Positions 1 through 13,907 of a stretch of DNA of 64,000 nt are shown piece after piece. The notes under the pieces were generated by a model. That model saw only the letters and a list, made by a program, of their open reading frames with translations. It was not told the origin of the DNA and searched no databases. Position numbers and translations under genes: made by a program. Each line of letters starts with the position of its first letter. Position 1 is the first letter of the stretch. The stretch is from the NCBI GenBank assembly GCA_048128005.1, contig JBEUKZ010000023.1, forward strand, positions 1 through 64,000. The letters run 5' to 3'. This stretch comes from Veleropilina oligotropha. Its lineage: Eukaryota.

Positions 1-380
1 CAAATTAGGGCGAGCATGACGCCGGTCGACGCATCTGGCGCCAAGTTGATGAGGCGGCGCATCACCCTCATTAACTTATTGAATAATTCATACGCGTTGA
101 CACGTCGATTACTGACAAAGCAAAGATGTTGAACTATTTTTTATTGGCGTACTGGCGTGGCGCGTGCTTTCGAGGCGTGATGGGTCTGGGGCATGGCAAT
201 TTATGGCTGAAAGTACAGACAGAAATTAGTTTTAAAACGTAAAGAAATGAGTTTAAAAGCGCAATAAAATAAGTTTAAAGGTAAGTAAAGTCATGTGATA
301 AAGAAGATATCAAACTTGTTTCCATTTCATATGAGAATTATGAAACTCGTCAGCAAATTTATGTACCTCGCCAGCGCCCG
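1..380. repeat. Dispersed repeat also present at ~24045-24430 and ~24440-24690
   Basis: Shared blocks such as 'gaataattcatacgcgttgac', 'gaggcgtgatg' and 'aagtttaaaggtaa..aaagtcatgtgataaagaagat' occur at all three places. Confidence 0.75.
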
Positions 381-484
<104 letters not shown>

Positions 485-527
485 GGTTTAAGGGGACAAA
501 AAAGTGGTCTCCATATATTTTAATATT

Positions 528-668
528 GATTGGTTGGTTGGCAACATTGTGTTACGACCACGTTTAGCAATTTTTCAGCTGTATCGTAGTCGGGACACCC
601 GGTTTAAGGTTTCACTCCGATATTTTTGACATACATTATCTATAGGGATATGCCATCTATTAGTTTTA
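528..668 (-). mobile_element. 5'-truncated SINE (family A body)
   Basis: 'gcaatttttcagc...gtcgggacacccggtttaagg..tcactccga' matches the copies at ~22030 and ~32870. Confidence 0.7.
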
Positions 669-2077
669 ATATTAATTAATATAGGCATTAAGGGGACCAC
701 TCATAAACGTTCTTTTTTCTCAAATACTTGATATATATGTGAACGTTTAATACTGATTGTTGTTATTAGTACCATTTAACGTAATTTGTCATATTTCTTT
801 CCTACTTTTGAAGAATTTAAACAAAATGGTACTTGGTGTCTTTCCTTCAGTCATTCAACATAGGAAAATATTAAATATTAAAGGGACCAAAAATTATATA
901 TATTTTTAACCGTTGATTTATCTAAAATATGTAGCATAAAGACTTATTTTATATCGACATGGCAATGTTAAAATGCTCAAAAGAAAATTAAAAAATGCGA
1001 AAATGATATATATCCAAAGATTCCCTTAATGCCTATTTTAAAGGATTTGACCATTAATAAATGTAGCTGAAATAAGAAACAAAACACATTACCTCTAAGT
1101 AAAGGTACAAGAGAATGAATATTTTCGAACAATTGACCTCATATATTTCAATATGCATAAAACGTTTCGCGCAAGGGACCACGCTAAAACTTTTTTTCTC
1201 TTATATTTCATATATGTGTAATTATAATATTGATTATTGTTACAATTCCACATAATCTTAATTTTGAATAATATATAAAACATGGTATTTGCTGTTATCC
1301 AACATACGAAAATATTAAGGGGGACAAATATTAAATATTAAGGGAAAAAATTATATAAAATTTTAACAATTGATTTATCTACATATATGGCATTAAGATT
1401 TGTTTTATTTCGTCAAAGCAATGTTAAAATGCTCAAAACGTGCTAAAATAATGTATATATATATATACAAATGGTCCCATACTTTTGTATGGATGGTAGG
1501 CCTAATTCAGACTTGGCTAACAATTCTATTAGCCGGACTCAGCTGGGCATCGTTAGATGTCCTATTGATTGATGCATACGCGAAGATAAAATAAAACCTA
1601 AGCTGCCCATGATGCAAAATAACGTCCATGTTTTATTTTGTGCGTGCGCGCCATCTTTGTGCGACAGGTCTCATGAACACCTGAGATCTTGACACAAGCC
1701 AAACTGAAGACAAAATATTATGCATACGCACGAAACGCAAACGCCACGTGAACAACTTTTGTGCTTTTTGTACTCTGGTGATCAGTTGTTGCTGGCGATG
1801 CTAGATAATATATTGCTGAGTCCATATTCAATCAATACTGTAGTAGTTGGTAAAATCTGTATAGGCTACATGTGCACCTGAACTCATTTCCAGACATGCT
1901 AGAAAGTGGCAATTGTATATTTACTTTTAAAATTTTAAATACGCTACACATTATAAAATGTTACATAAATAAAACTAAGTTTTCATATGAAAGCAGTATT
2001 ATTATAAAAAGAATTTGACCGAATTTATTGTCATATCCAACAGCAAAAATAATTATTTAGATAGTTTAACATGAAGC

Positions 2078-5000
2078 ATGGCCATCTATCTATCCTTTCA
2101 GAGGTTTCTGACTTTTAAGGCCGTGTTCCCACCGAGCTGTAACTTATGCAACTCACCGTTGCAACTCTGTGTGAACACGCTCAAACGGTTAATCGGAGAA
2201 AAGTTTGAACCTCCAAAAATACACGGTTCAGAAGTTAAGCCGATCGATGCAACTCGGTGTGAACACTTAGTTTTCCACCTAAAAGCCGCAATCTGTTCGT
2301 AAACGACGGGGTGCATCTCGCCAGTTATGGTACTGCACAATCCATTGTTAGGTCTAAAGGAATACCACGAATACAACCTCAGCCCAATGCCATCCGCCTA
2401 CAGTCAGCAAAACCACTACCAGCGACACTTCTATAGTCCCCAACATCACCCTCAACAAGGAATTTCCACTAAACGAGAGCTCACCATAAGGACCTCCAAA
2501 ACTCTGACCTATTATCATTCTGCATGAACGTCCTTAATCACGCTACAAGAGACTGATTCATTAAATTTTTATCTCACCCTGTATTTTATTTCTAACCTGT
2601 ATTTTATTCTAACGCATATTTTATTTCTAACCTGTATTCTTAATGCATTTGCTGGTATCGTCTTTATGCTTTTCATATCTACTTGTTTTATTCATATACA
2701 TGAAAAATAATATCTCGGTAGCTTTTTGGAATATTGATGGTGCCTTTACAAGTACAGGTGGCCAAAGATCATGCAAACTCAATGACGTGGAAATTCAAAA
2801 CAAAATTTATAAATATGATATAATTGGTTTTGTAGAAACACATTGCAGTAACTCCGACATATTATCTGTGCCAAATTATCACATTGTACAAAATATAGAC
2901 CTAAATTAAACAAGTCTACGCGTAACTATGGCGGGATTGCCATAGGCGTCAAATCTGAATTACGGAATGCGATTAAATTCACAACCACCCCCAACAGTGA
3001 GCTTATGTGGCTCAAACTGTCTGCAACTTGTTTTAATATGGACCGGGATTTATTTCTGGCATTCGTATATATTAGCCCTCAGGGCACTTCTTTCTCGGCT
3101 AGAACAGAGAATATATTTGAAATTCTAGATTTTCCAAAGTTGGCCAGTGTTTAATCTGCGGGGACTTCAATGCACGAACAAACATACATCAAGATTACTG
3201 CCTGGATGAAAACTCCGCATCCATTGAATTACTTCATGACTAAGTATATATTTGATACCCCAATTCCCCGAAATAATATTGACCCACATACTATAGACGA
3301 CCATGGAAAACAACTGCTTTCACTATGTAAGTCATCTAGCCTTCGGATTTTGAATGGGAGAATTCGTGGTGATTTATTTGGCCAATGCACTTGTTTTAGC
3401 TATACTGGGTAGCCTAGTGTACTTGACTACATGTTAGCATCATCTACCCTACTAAATTGTATTGAATGTTTTTATGTTAGCGATATCGACAATCATTCGA
3501 TACACTGTGTGTTATCCACTGTTATTGCTACTGGTGTATATAAGCTCAAACAAGATGCTGCCCCTAATCCTCCTTCCCCAAAATTTATATCGTTAAAAAA
3601 TGATACCAGAAATTTCTCTTATCAATTTCCAACCCTGAATTTGTTAAAAAGATTCAATATCTCTCTCACATAGATTGCCTGAACAAGTCCTCATGTGAGA
3701 CTTTTGCAGATTCTGTCACAAATATTATTATTGATGCTGCTAAAGACGCTGGCATCAAATATGCGAGCGGTAAACCATCATCCAGTAAACCTAATATAAC
3801 AAATAAAACAAGGTATGACAAGGATTGTAGTGTGTTACATAAAGACCTCAAATATCTTTCTCGCCGTTTATACAATGACCATTATAACCAGGTATTACTA
3901 AACTAGGAAGAAATTCCGTAAACTTATAGGTAAAAAGAAAATCTTATTTAAGCAAAACATAATGAATCAGATGGAAATACTCAAAACAAGTAACCCACAA
4001 GTATTTTGGAATTTATACAATAAACTAAAAGATTCGGATACTAATAGTAAAGCAAGTAAAACCAACTCGATCACTTGTGATGAATGGGAGTTCCATTTTA
4101 GTAAACTTGGTCACATGTGAAATCGATTCTTTCCTTGTCGAAAACAAAAACCGTGTATTCAATGAATTAAATTTTACAACTAAAAGCAGCGAAATATCAC
4201 ACTCAATCAACAAACTGAAACCTGGTAATGCAAGGGGCTTTGACCAAATTTTGAACGAAATGCTAAAACTGGTCCACAATCAGCTTCTCCCGGCACTTAA
4301 TAAACTATTTAATAATATACTTACTCTGGGCCACTTACCTGATAAGTGGCGGTGTAATTTATTAAACCCTATTCACAAAAAGGGATGCACCTCGAATCCA
4401 GAAAACTACAGAGGTATAGCTGTGGGTAGTAATCTCTGCAAATTGTTCTGCAGTATCCTGAACAAGAGACTGACTGACTTTACAAACAAAAATGGAATTG
4501 TACCTAAACACCAGATAGGTTTTCGTAAAAATTATCGGACTGCAGATCACATCGTTACGCTAAAAAACATAGTTGATAAGTATGTTAACAACCTTGCAAA
4601 AAAGAGAGTTTTCTGTTGCATTGTAGATTTCAAGTCTGCCTTTGATACAGTGTCAAGAAAGTTTTTATTATTTAAACTCTTACACGCAGGCGTTGGTGGT
4701 AACTTTTTGAATATTATTGAAAATAGGTACTCCAGTGTACAATATGCTGTACCAGACTGCATTAGTGGTAGCTTTAATTCCTCTGTCTGTGTTAAACACG
4801 GATGTGTTCTCAGTCCCCTTCTTTTTAATTTATTCCGTAGGGATTTGCCAGATATTTTATATTCATCTTGCGACCCAATAAAACTACACGTTGATGATGT
4901 ATGTTGCCTTATGTATGCCGACGACTTGTCTATCATATCTGAATCTGCCAGCGGAATGCAGCATTCATTATAATTGGACAAACTTAGCACGTATTGTGAC

Positions 5001-6363
5001 AAATGGAACCTTACAGTAAACCTAAAGAAAACAAAAATAATTATTTTTATGAAAAGCGGACATTTACTTAATAAAATTCATTTTACATATAAGGGCTCTA
5101 GAATTGAAATAGTTCGCAGTTATTGTTATCTGGGAATAGTTTTTACCTGTGCTGGCAACTTTAATGCTGCCTGTGATAATCTGAAAGACCAAGTTCTTAA
5201 AGCATTATTCAAACTAAAGGCATTGAATGTGCGTAACAACATTATTATAGCCTTTAAACTTTTCAACACTTTAATTGTGCCTATATTATCTTATTGCGGA
5301 GAGATATGGGGTCCTTTCTATACGAAAGGGATAGAAGAAAACAATTTGATGCATATTTGTGACAAAATATCAATTGAATCTGTATCCATGAAATTTTCAA
5401 ATTATGTAATTGGAGTTAATAGGAAAACTACCAATGCGGCTGTTAGAGGTGAGCTTGGGCTGTTCGGATTAATGGTTTTGATACTTAGCAAGTCAACCAA
5501 ATTCTGGTTGCGGCATTGTGACCTTGATCCCAAATCATTGGTGTACCAGTCATACTTAGATTCATTCTCCACACTTAATCAAAATACGAACTGGGGGTCA
5601 CTCATGAAAAATACTTGGTCCAGTTTCGGTTTCATTGAAGTTTGGAACAACCAGGGATCACGACACAAACATAAAATTGTGCGCCTTCTTATGCGAGCAA
5701 TGAAACACCGATATGTGTCCAATTGGTCGGACTACATTGACAGAAATGCTACAGCCGATCCTACTCGTTGTTGTAAACTCCGTACATATCGCCTTTTTAA
5801 ACAACATTTTTGCATGGAAAATTACCTACTATGTGAGAAGAATTTTATCAAACGAACACTACTGTATTTACCAAAGTAAGAACAAGTTCGCACTCTCTTC
5901 AAATTGAAGTAGGTAGACATTCAAATCCAAGTATTCCAGCTGAAAATAGAACCTGTAGGGTCTGTAACTCTTCTTCAGTGGAGGACGAAAACCATTTTAT
6001 TATGACTTGCCCCTCTTACAATTGTGAAAGACAGCGTCTGTTTAGTTATTTGAATTCAATCTGTAACTTTGATTCTTTTAACCAGCAAGAACAATTTATT
6101 TTTATTATAGGGTTTATTCTGGACTTTATATGCAATTGTTTTACTATTATATATAGAACATTCACTGATGAAGCCCAATTCATAACTTGATTTCCCACAA
6201 ATATTTCCAAACTATGAAGGAATGGCATCTTGTTTGTATCTTACATATACTTATGAAATATGTGTATGCATTATGTAGTTATCTAAGTCATTGTTGTTTG
6301 TCTTTGGCTATATCATCATGTTATTGATCTTGTGCCAATAAAATATTGTATTGTATTGTATTT
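2078..6363 (+). mobile_element. Degenerate non-LTR retrotransposon (LINE; RTE-X-like, clade tentative)
   Basis: APE endonuclease motifs from 2700 (WNIDG, VETH, GDFNA, ILNGR, LDY). RT motifs ENYRGI, QIGFR, DFKSAFD, HGCVLSP, YADD, YLG. C-terminal C..C/EDE.HF..CP.Y. Ends in AATAAA plus (TATTG)n tail at ~6337-6363. Several stops and frameshifts. The 5' boundary is approximate. Confidence 0.9.
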
Positions 6364-7416
6364 TCTTAAAACAACGCGTGGTTGCGCTCCAAATCTCGCG
6401 AGAATTGTATCTGTCCTTTCGACTCCAATGGCTGACGCCGTTGTCCACTGGGTTGTTGCTGCCGATTATAGTAATTAGAATAATATGCTACAGGTGCTAC
6501 CTAGTGACGAGCACGTAGATTACTAGTATATATTATAGGCCTATTCGTCAGGGAAATCTACAAATGAAATGTCTTTATTGATCAATTACGCTTACAAATG
6601 CGCGCAACCGACTATAACAAAGATTGACCACAGATCAGCAAATCTCTCATTGGTTAAATGAAGCCACGACCCGACCTTCGTTTCGGCAAAGTCCGCTTCA
6701 AAACGCATGATGTCATATCGCGTAAATCGATCATGGCAAGAATAGTCTCGCGCGATTCTCGAGATGCGCGCGCATAATTCTATTTCCGTTTCCAGTTCGT
6801 AACATCGGTTTTTATTTCATAGTATGTTGTAGAGTTATCTGCCGCTGTATTCGTTCTTTTCTCTTTTTCGTATACCGGTACGCATTTATGTGCAAGCTCG
6901 GACTGCGTGCTCGCTATTAATAAGATTAAAGTGTTTAATTTGTGTTTGGTGTAAAACGTTAACCAACATAATGACAAATGCTTTGATATCCGCCATGTGA
7001 TATCTCGCAAGCTATTACATGACTGCGAGTGTCGCCATCTGTTATCTAATCCGTAACACTAACCGGCGAGTTCCCAACAATTTGATCCAACCGTTACAAC
7101 TTTTGGTGAGAACAGCTGCATCGGATTAAATTTTTACCGATGTATAAGTTCAAACTCGGTAGAAACACGGCCTTAGTTTGCAAACCTCAAGCGCAGTTTG
7201 TAATAACAAATGTTGAATAAAATATGACTAACTTTCCGTTCTTGAACCGCTAGTTTGGGACGATTTACACTTCTTCGCAACATCGCTCCATTTGCCAATG
7301 GCAACGACAATGTGATTTCCGTTGCTTGGCAAGAGAAATAGCCTAAACTCTATATTGACGACATTAATAACTATCGGGGGATGTGAATGACATACTATAA
7401 TTTCGATATTTGTTGT

Positions 7417-8233
7417 CTATGGTGCTGAAGGGCTAAGCGTCGACTTAAGTAGCCTATGGTGCTGAAGGGCTAAGCGTCGACTTAAGTAGCCTATGGTGCT
7501 GAAGGGCTAAGCGTTGACTTAAGTAGCCTATGGTGCTGAATGGCTAAGCGTCGACTTAAGTAGCCTATGGTGCTGAAGGGCTAAGCGTTGACTTAAGTAG
7601 CCTATGGTGCTGTAGGGTTAGTGTTGACTTAAGTAGGCTATGGTACTGAAGGGCTAAGGGCTGACTAAAGTAGCCTATGGTGCTGAAGGGCTAAGCTTTG
7701 ACTTAAGTAGCCTATGGTGCTGAAGGGCTAAGCGTTGACTTAAGTAGCCTATGGTGCTGAAGGGCTAAGCGTTGACTTAAGTAGCCTATGGTGCTGAAGG
7801 GCTAAGCGTCGACTTAAGTAGCCTATGGTGCTGAAGGGCTAAGCGTTGACTTAAGTAGCCTATGGTGCTGAAGGGCTAAGCGTCGACTTAAGTAGCCTAT
7901 GGTGCTGAAGGGCTAAGCGTCGACTTAAGTAGCCTATGGTGCTGAAGGGCTAAGCATCGACTTAAGTAGCCTATGGTGCTGAAGGGCTAAGCGTTGACTT
8001 AAGTAGCCTATGGTGCTGAAGGGCTAAGCGTCGACTTAAGTAGCCTATGGTGCTGAAGGGCTAAGCGTCGACTTAAGTAGCCTATGGTGCTGAAGGGCTA
8101 AGCGTTGACTTAAGTAGCCTATGGTGCTGAAGGGCTAAGCGTTGACTTAAGTAGCCTATGGTGCTGAAGGGCTAAGCGTCGACTTAAGTAGCCTATGGTG
8201 CTGAAGGGCTAAGCGTTGACTTAAGTAGCCTAT
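7417..8233. repeat. 37-bp minisatellite, about 22 copies
   Basis: Head-to-tail unit tatggtgctgaagggctaagcgt(c/t)gacttaagtagcc, with no spacers. Confidence 0.97.
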
Positions 8234-8360
8234 GACGCCGAAAGAGTTAATAATAATTGCATTCGGGGCCTCAAGTTGAACGTCTCTATTTGATCAGATG
8301 GTTTTTAGCTTTCATAGAAATTATCACATACAGACTTGACATGCAAGCTTGTTTATATTA

Positions 8361-8600
8361 GCGGCACCGACGGGTGAGTGGTTAACGCGTCAGACTCTCA
8401 ACCGAAGCTGTTAGTTGGTACCGGGTTCGAGGATAGCCGCCATTCGTTCAGAACTGTTCTATTGTTTAAAATAGAAGGGCATATCCCTAATGTTTGTCTG
8501 TCAGATCGGAGTGAGACGGTAAATCGGGTGTCCAGACTACGATACGGTTGCAAAGTTGCTAAAGGTGGTAGTAAAACAATGTTACCAACCAATTGTTTAG
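8361..8600 (+). mobile_element. tRNA-derived SINE (family A body)
   Basis: A-box-like 'tgagtggttaa' and B-box 'ggttcga'. Body 'ggcatatccctaatg...gatcggagtgagacggtaaatcgggtgtcc' matches the reverse complement of the ~22030-22130 copy. Confidence 0.75.
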
Positions 8601-10879
8601 CCGGCGATGCCACTAAACTGATGGCCAAGTCCACCGACCACCAGGTTACAAAGTCCGGCCTTTAACTGAAAACGTAGTAATAGCTTCACAATTCAATCTT
8701 ACATGGTGTTACGTTTCGTACATGGGTTTTGTAACCCACTTTCTCATATTCCTAAACAACTTTGATAAGTATTAGAAATTTTTTATCACAAAATCCCCTT
8801 ATTGCTAACGCGAAGTATGGCGGGGTATTCCAAAAGTGATGCGAAGTTGCCCTAAAATTGCTCTAATCGGATAAGGCGAGAATTTCGGACGAAAACAACG
8901 AACTACATCGCCAACGTGATGTTGGGTGGACAGTTTATATTATCCGAAAGGTAGATAAGATTTATGGTTCGAATTCCACTTAAAAAACCCACGATTGCGT
9001 TATAAATAAATCAATAGGCGAATACAGTTATGACGTACTTCAGCAAAACGTGTGTTGCCCCTTGATGCTGACTTGCCATGTGTTGGTGATTATTTAACAT
9101 ATTTAGATTTTCTCATTATAAATAATTCTTAAAAATCAGGGTTGTTGAAAAATAAGAATATGTACATATTTTTTGCATTATAAATCTTAAATGTCAAATA
9201 CGGCAGTGGGACATAAAATTAGTCATTCCATCGTTTTATGTTATCTAATATTCAAATAAACACTTTCTGAAAAATTTGTCATCGAAAAAAAATGTTTAGA
9301 TGTTCTTTATAATTAAATACATGTCACGGCCATTGAATGTTTTGAGGAAAGTCTACAATTAGGTAATCGCCAGTATGCCGTCATAACAGTGATTGATTGA
9401 TTGGTTGGTGAAGCTCGTGTGAAAATAAAATCGTGGCAGGAAAATTCCATGAGTTCAGAGCAATTTGTATGAAGATTATCAGCATAGAATAGTATACTTA
9501 TGAATGCTAATGGAAATGAATTTATTTCTAATGTACTTATTTGATTATCAAAACTGCCGTAATATACATGTTTTTACTCTTGTGCGATTTTTATTTGCAA
9601 TGACATAAGTCCTATTGAATGTGGCACTAGTTATCGCGATCTTCCCACTAATTGTCCTAGCACGAGCTGTCATGATTATGGAATTTTTGGACGGTTTTGC
9701 GGTCATAATCGCTTGCAAGGTCACAGGTCACGAAGAAAGTTTCGCTGGACACGCCCAACTTTGTGACAATTTTAAACAATAGTATTTGGGTGTAATTTCA
9801 ATATTTTTTTGGTTTTAACTGGCTTAGCATATATTTAATGTTTATATAATCATAATTCTAGTACGAATATACGATTTTATGACTGCCATATTTGACCTTT
9901 AGCAATAGTCAGTCAAACCCTTTATGGTTTTCATTTGGGCTTTTGAAATATTGTAAACGCACATTTTTCAAAACTAATCATATTTAATTTTCCGAGTATT
10001 TATTTAGGAGCATATTGTGGAGTTGGCATTGACATATTGTTTGATCTTCATAATGCCGGTAATGAAGCAATAGTTGGGCGTATTTACCCAGGTGTCGCTT
10101 CACATACAATTTTACCTGATCATGCAAATGCGTTACTTAAGTATGGCACTTTATCTGTGAACTTTTCAAATTCAACGATAAAATGGACATTTTTATTGAA
10201 TTAGCATGGTAGACAGCTAATCAATGATACCGAAGCCGTTCAATATCAAGCAGCTGTTATACATATATGCGTGCGGTAAGCAAAGGCTATATGGATTAGG
10301 AGTCCTGAACATATTGTTTCTGGACGCACGTGTGGACAATACTATAGGCGACACCGGTAGCAGACTAACATAATACAAACACCCTATTTATAGTATAAGA
10401 TCAATGTATTTATCTACCAAGTACCTATAGCAATGGGTTAATATGATCATAGATATGAATTAAAGGATTGTCTTTGCATTTCCATACACGTGATACACAT
10501 GTAAATGCAGCTAGTGGCGTTCGTTTGATTGGAATGTCGTTTTGAGGGTTTAAATGTATGGAAGCGTATTTAGGTCACCAGTAACAACTAAATTAAATTG
10601 TTATTACAAACCTTTCACCCATCTTTATATTTTACGGAAATGTGCAGTCATCATCAACATGTCGGAGAATATGGCGAGTTTCCAAGAACCGCTGTGTACG
10701 GCCTTGTCATTCCCATGGCTCCTCTCCATTGGTTCTGTCCTGGGGCCCCCCTCCCATCTGTCGCATGTTGATGAACAGAACGTGCTGTCAGATTTTCATT
10801 GGTCTGCCGTCAGAAAGTCGCCCATCCACGAAAAACATGGTGCAGTCAGTCGGCGTTGTCCTTCCGCTTCAAACCATAT

Positions 10880-11780
10880 CAATCTACTACTCTTCACAAC
10901 GTTACCAACCGCCTCCACCCCTAACCGTCTTCCCAATGCCTCACTCGTCAGTCTGTCCCACAGAGACACATCCACCTGATCATGCTTATCCCCGTTCTTT
11001 CCAATTTCATGTCTTGGTCTACCCTCGTGGCCAATGGGTCGCAACCGTAAAGCAAGCAACATCTGGCACATGCCGTGTAGGCCTACACTTGATCCTTCAT
11101 CTTCGAGGGTGGCACCTTTGGTGTTAGGAATGGTGGCAACTCTCTGAACTTATTCGACGCACACCTCGCTCTCGCCGTCACCGCTGCGTCCACACACACC
11201 CACACTCAGCATGTCGCCCAGGTAAAATAACCGGTCCATCTCCCCATACCCATCACAATGGTCGGTACGACAGCTGTATAGTTTCAGTTGTGGACCTCGG
11301 CTGGGACATCATACATTTGTTCAAGTTATGAATCACAGTTGTCCATAACTGGTCAGAGAGGGCGAGCTTGCTCGGGATTTCCTCACGCGACAATATGGAC
11401 ATGTCCTGCTTGAACCAAATGATGGTTGGAAATATACAGGACATTAAGCATCGATCCTTTCCTTTCCTTTTTTCATACCCATCACCATCCATCTCCAGTC
11501 CCTCCTCATCCATCAGTGGAACGTCTCCCCTACATCTCCTGCACACGAACGTCGCAATGCAGGCTGCCTTTGACTCCACTACAACTCTTGTGGACCCACT
11601 TTCCACATGCCGTACACCTTAACGAGTTGGCTGCACCTCTTGCACACTCCACATGAACATGCACCTGACTCTGATACCGCTCAACTGGCATCACTGCTAA
11701 CCATCACCTTCAGCCCATTGCAGACCAGGCACCTCCGATACTCCTCTAGCTTCCTTATCAGCTCCTCTCTGGGTGGTGCA
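10880..11780 (-). mobile_element. RTE-clade LINE 3' remnant interrupted by a SINE
   Basis: Minus-strand fragments CSCGVC, FVCRRC, DRLFYLGDMLS and RRLGVEAVGNVVKSSRLIWF resemble the RTE ORF2 C-terminal half. The SINE at ~11257-11472 is flanked by the direct repeat catacccatcac. Confidence 0.7.
11257..11472 (+). mobile_element. SINE family B copy (others at ~13050, ~13445, ~15320-15590, ~15680, ~63660-63940)
   Basis: The shared body 'aaaggatcgatgcttaatgtcctgtatat...caggacatgtccatatt...cagttatggacaactgtga' appears here as the reverse complement. A tRNA-like head with a GTTCGAACC B-box is visible in the ~63850 copy. Confidence 0.7.
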
Positions 11781-13772
11781 GTGAAGCCAAATGTCGGTTA
11801 CATGATTGTTAATTAACAAAACCATTAATTTCTCTCATTTAATATTAATAAATTTAAAGGCAAATCATAATATGTAGTTTTTTCTGAGAACGCGTCAAAA
11901 AGAAGGACTCTTTTGCAATGAATGATAATACACATTATACTAGTATTTGAAAATGATTCCTTTGGTGTTGGTTGCCTCTGTGCTAAATTTCCTTTACATG
12001 AGGGTGGGGAAAAATAAAGACGCCCCACATTAAAGTTTTATAATACACTACCATGAAAAGGATGTAAGATGGCACGATAAAAACATCGCATTTGCAGCCT
12101 CAAATCACACGAGGAGATGTTCCACAGCAGTATATGCTAAAATTTTCTTCCGCGAGGGGCCCCATCACCAAGCGCACTGTTGTAATGTAAACTTGAGCTC
12201 CCCTCGCCAAAAAAATGAAACTCTTTGTACAGCTCTTATTACATTTTGGGTCAAAACAGGACATGGCCAAGTATGCCCCCAGCAAGTTATATTCGAACCC
12301 CTCTTCACAAAATCCTGGCTACGGCCCTGATAATGGCAATCAAACGTATAATTATCAACATGGTGATCATCTACCATTCCTCGTGGATTGCTTGTGTCAA
12401 TTCCTCTATGCAGATATTGGATGATGATGCTGTTGTCATCCATGAATATCGAACGACTAACAATGACATGATCATCGAAATGTGGCACAACGACGTTATC
12501 CACTACGTTTTGTAAGTAACAACCACTTTTTTTACAAGTCATAATTTTGATGGTAAGAAATATAGCGCCTTACACTGTCCTAATGCAGGCGAGAGGGTTT
12601 CATACCGTTAATTGTAAAAAAATTCCTCCGCGTGGGGCCACATCCCCAAGCGAACAGTTTATAGTATATTTCCTAATAAAGTTGACCGCCACATTTTCAA
12701 ACTTCTACATCTGCCCCTGTCTGGTATTGTAATGAGGTCCAAATTTCCGATATGGAAAACGCCATTTCCCACCTATCACAGGAGTTCCTGTAAAAGTTCG
12801 ATTGTATGGATCGCCTCATGGTAATATGCCTCATTACACAGAGAACCACGGGCATTGATCTTACTTGGTTTTTCAAGTCTTGGGCAATCCTTTCTTTCAT
12901 TCTTTCCCTCACCGTTTCTTTTTCACAAGTCGATCAACAACCTCGTTGTTAATGTTCAATCTAGATGTGCGTAATGCTTACCGATAATTTGCCGTCTTTT
13001 ATTACTGATAGTCTAGATCATGCAAGTCAAGAAAAGCTAATTTCACCTGGGTTAGGACATGTCTACATTATCGCGAGAGAAAAATCCTGTCGCACGGAAA
13101 CACCCGCATTATCCGGCCATTTATGGACAACTGTGACTGGCTACGCAGCGAAGAATGCCATTGTCCCATGGTCACCAACCGAGGTTCTAACTTATTACTG
13201 TCAAATAAATGAATTCAGAGCCCAGACTCTTATCCACTCGGCTACCGGAGCGGCGCCTGAGGAAATTAATTAAAATACACACACACAGGCTTGCTCACAC
13301 ACACACACAATTTAATCTAAGTTGCACTGCCAATTTCAGCTTTGTTAATGTTTTCATTATAGCACGCAATATGTTACATTTACAATTTCAATACCTAATA
13401 TTTGGTTTTCCACTGCTTACTATCCTGATTTTAACGCTCTATCAGAACATGTCCATATTATAACGAGAGGAAAGCCCGGTCGCCCGTGAAAACCCGTCAA
13501 ATCCGATCAGTTATGGACAACTTTGACTGATACCGTAACTGAACGTAGAATGCCATAGCCCAAAAGGCCTCAAACGTGGTTCAAACCCACTCCTGTTTGA
13601 CAGAGCAATCAAGCGAGTGAATTCGGAGACCCCAGTCTTATCCACTCGCCTACCAGAGCGGCGCATTACGAAATTAATTAAAATATACACACATATATAA
13701 ATCCACTAGCCAAACAGATCGGCGCATTAAGAAATTAATAAAAATATTCAAGCATTTATAAATATAAAGAAA

Positions 13773-13907
13773 TTTAGTAAATTGTTGTAACAATTTAACT
13801 AAATTGTAATAACAATTTAGCCAAATTGTAATAACAATTTAGCCAAATTGCAATAACAGTTTAGCCAAATTGTAATAACAATTTAGTAAATTGTTATAAC
13901 AATTTAG
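13773..13907. repeat. 22-bp tandem repeat with self-complementary unit
   Basis: aaattgtaataacaatttagcc repeated about 6 times. Confidence 0.85.

Noticed and set aside
7417..8233. CRISPR-like 37-bp repeat array
   Set aside because: Units are directly adjacent with no unique spacers, no cas genes are present, and the context is eukaryotic.
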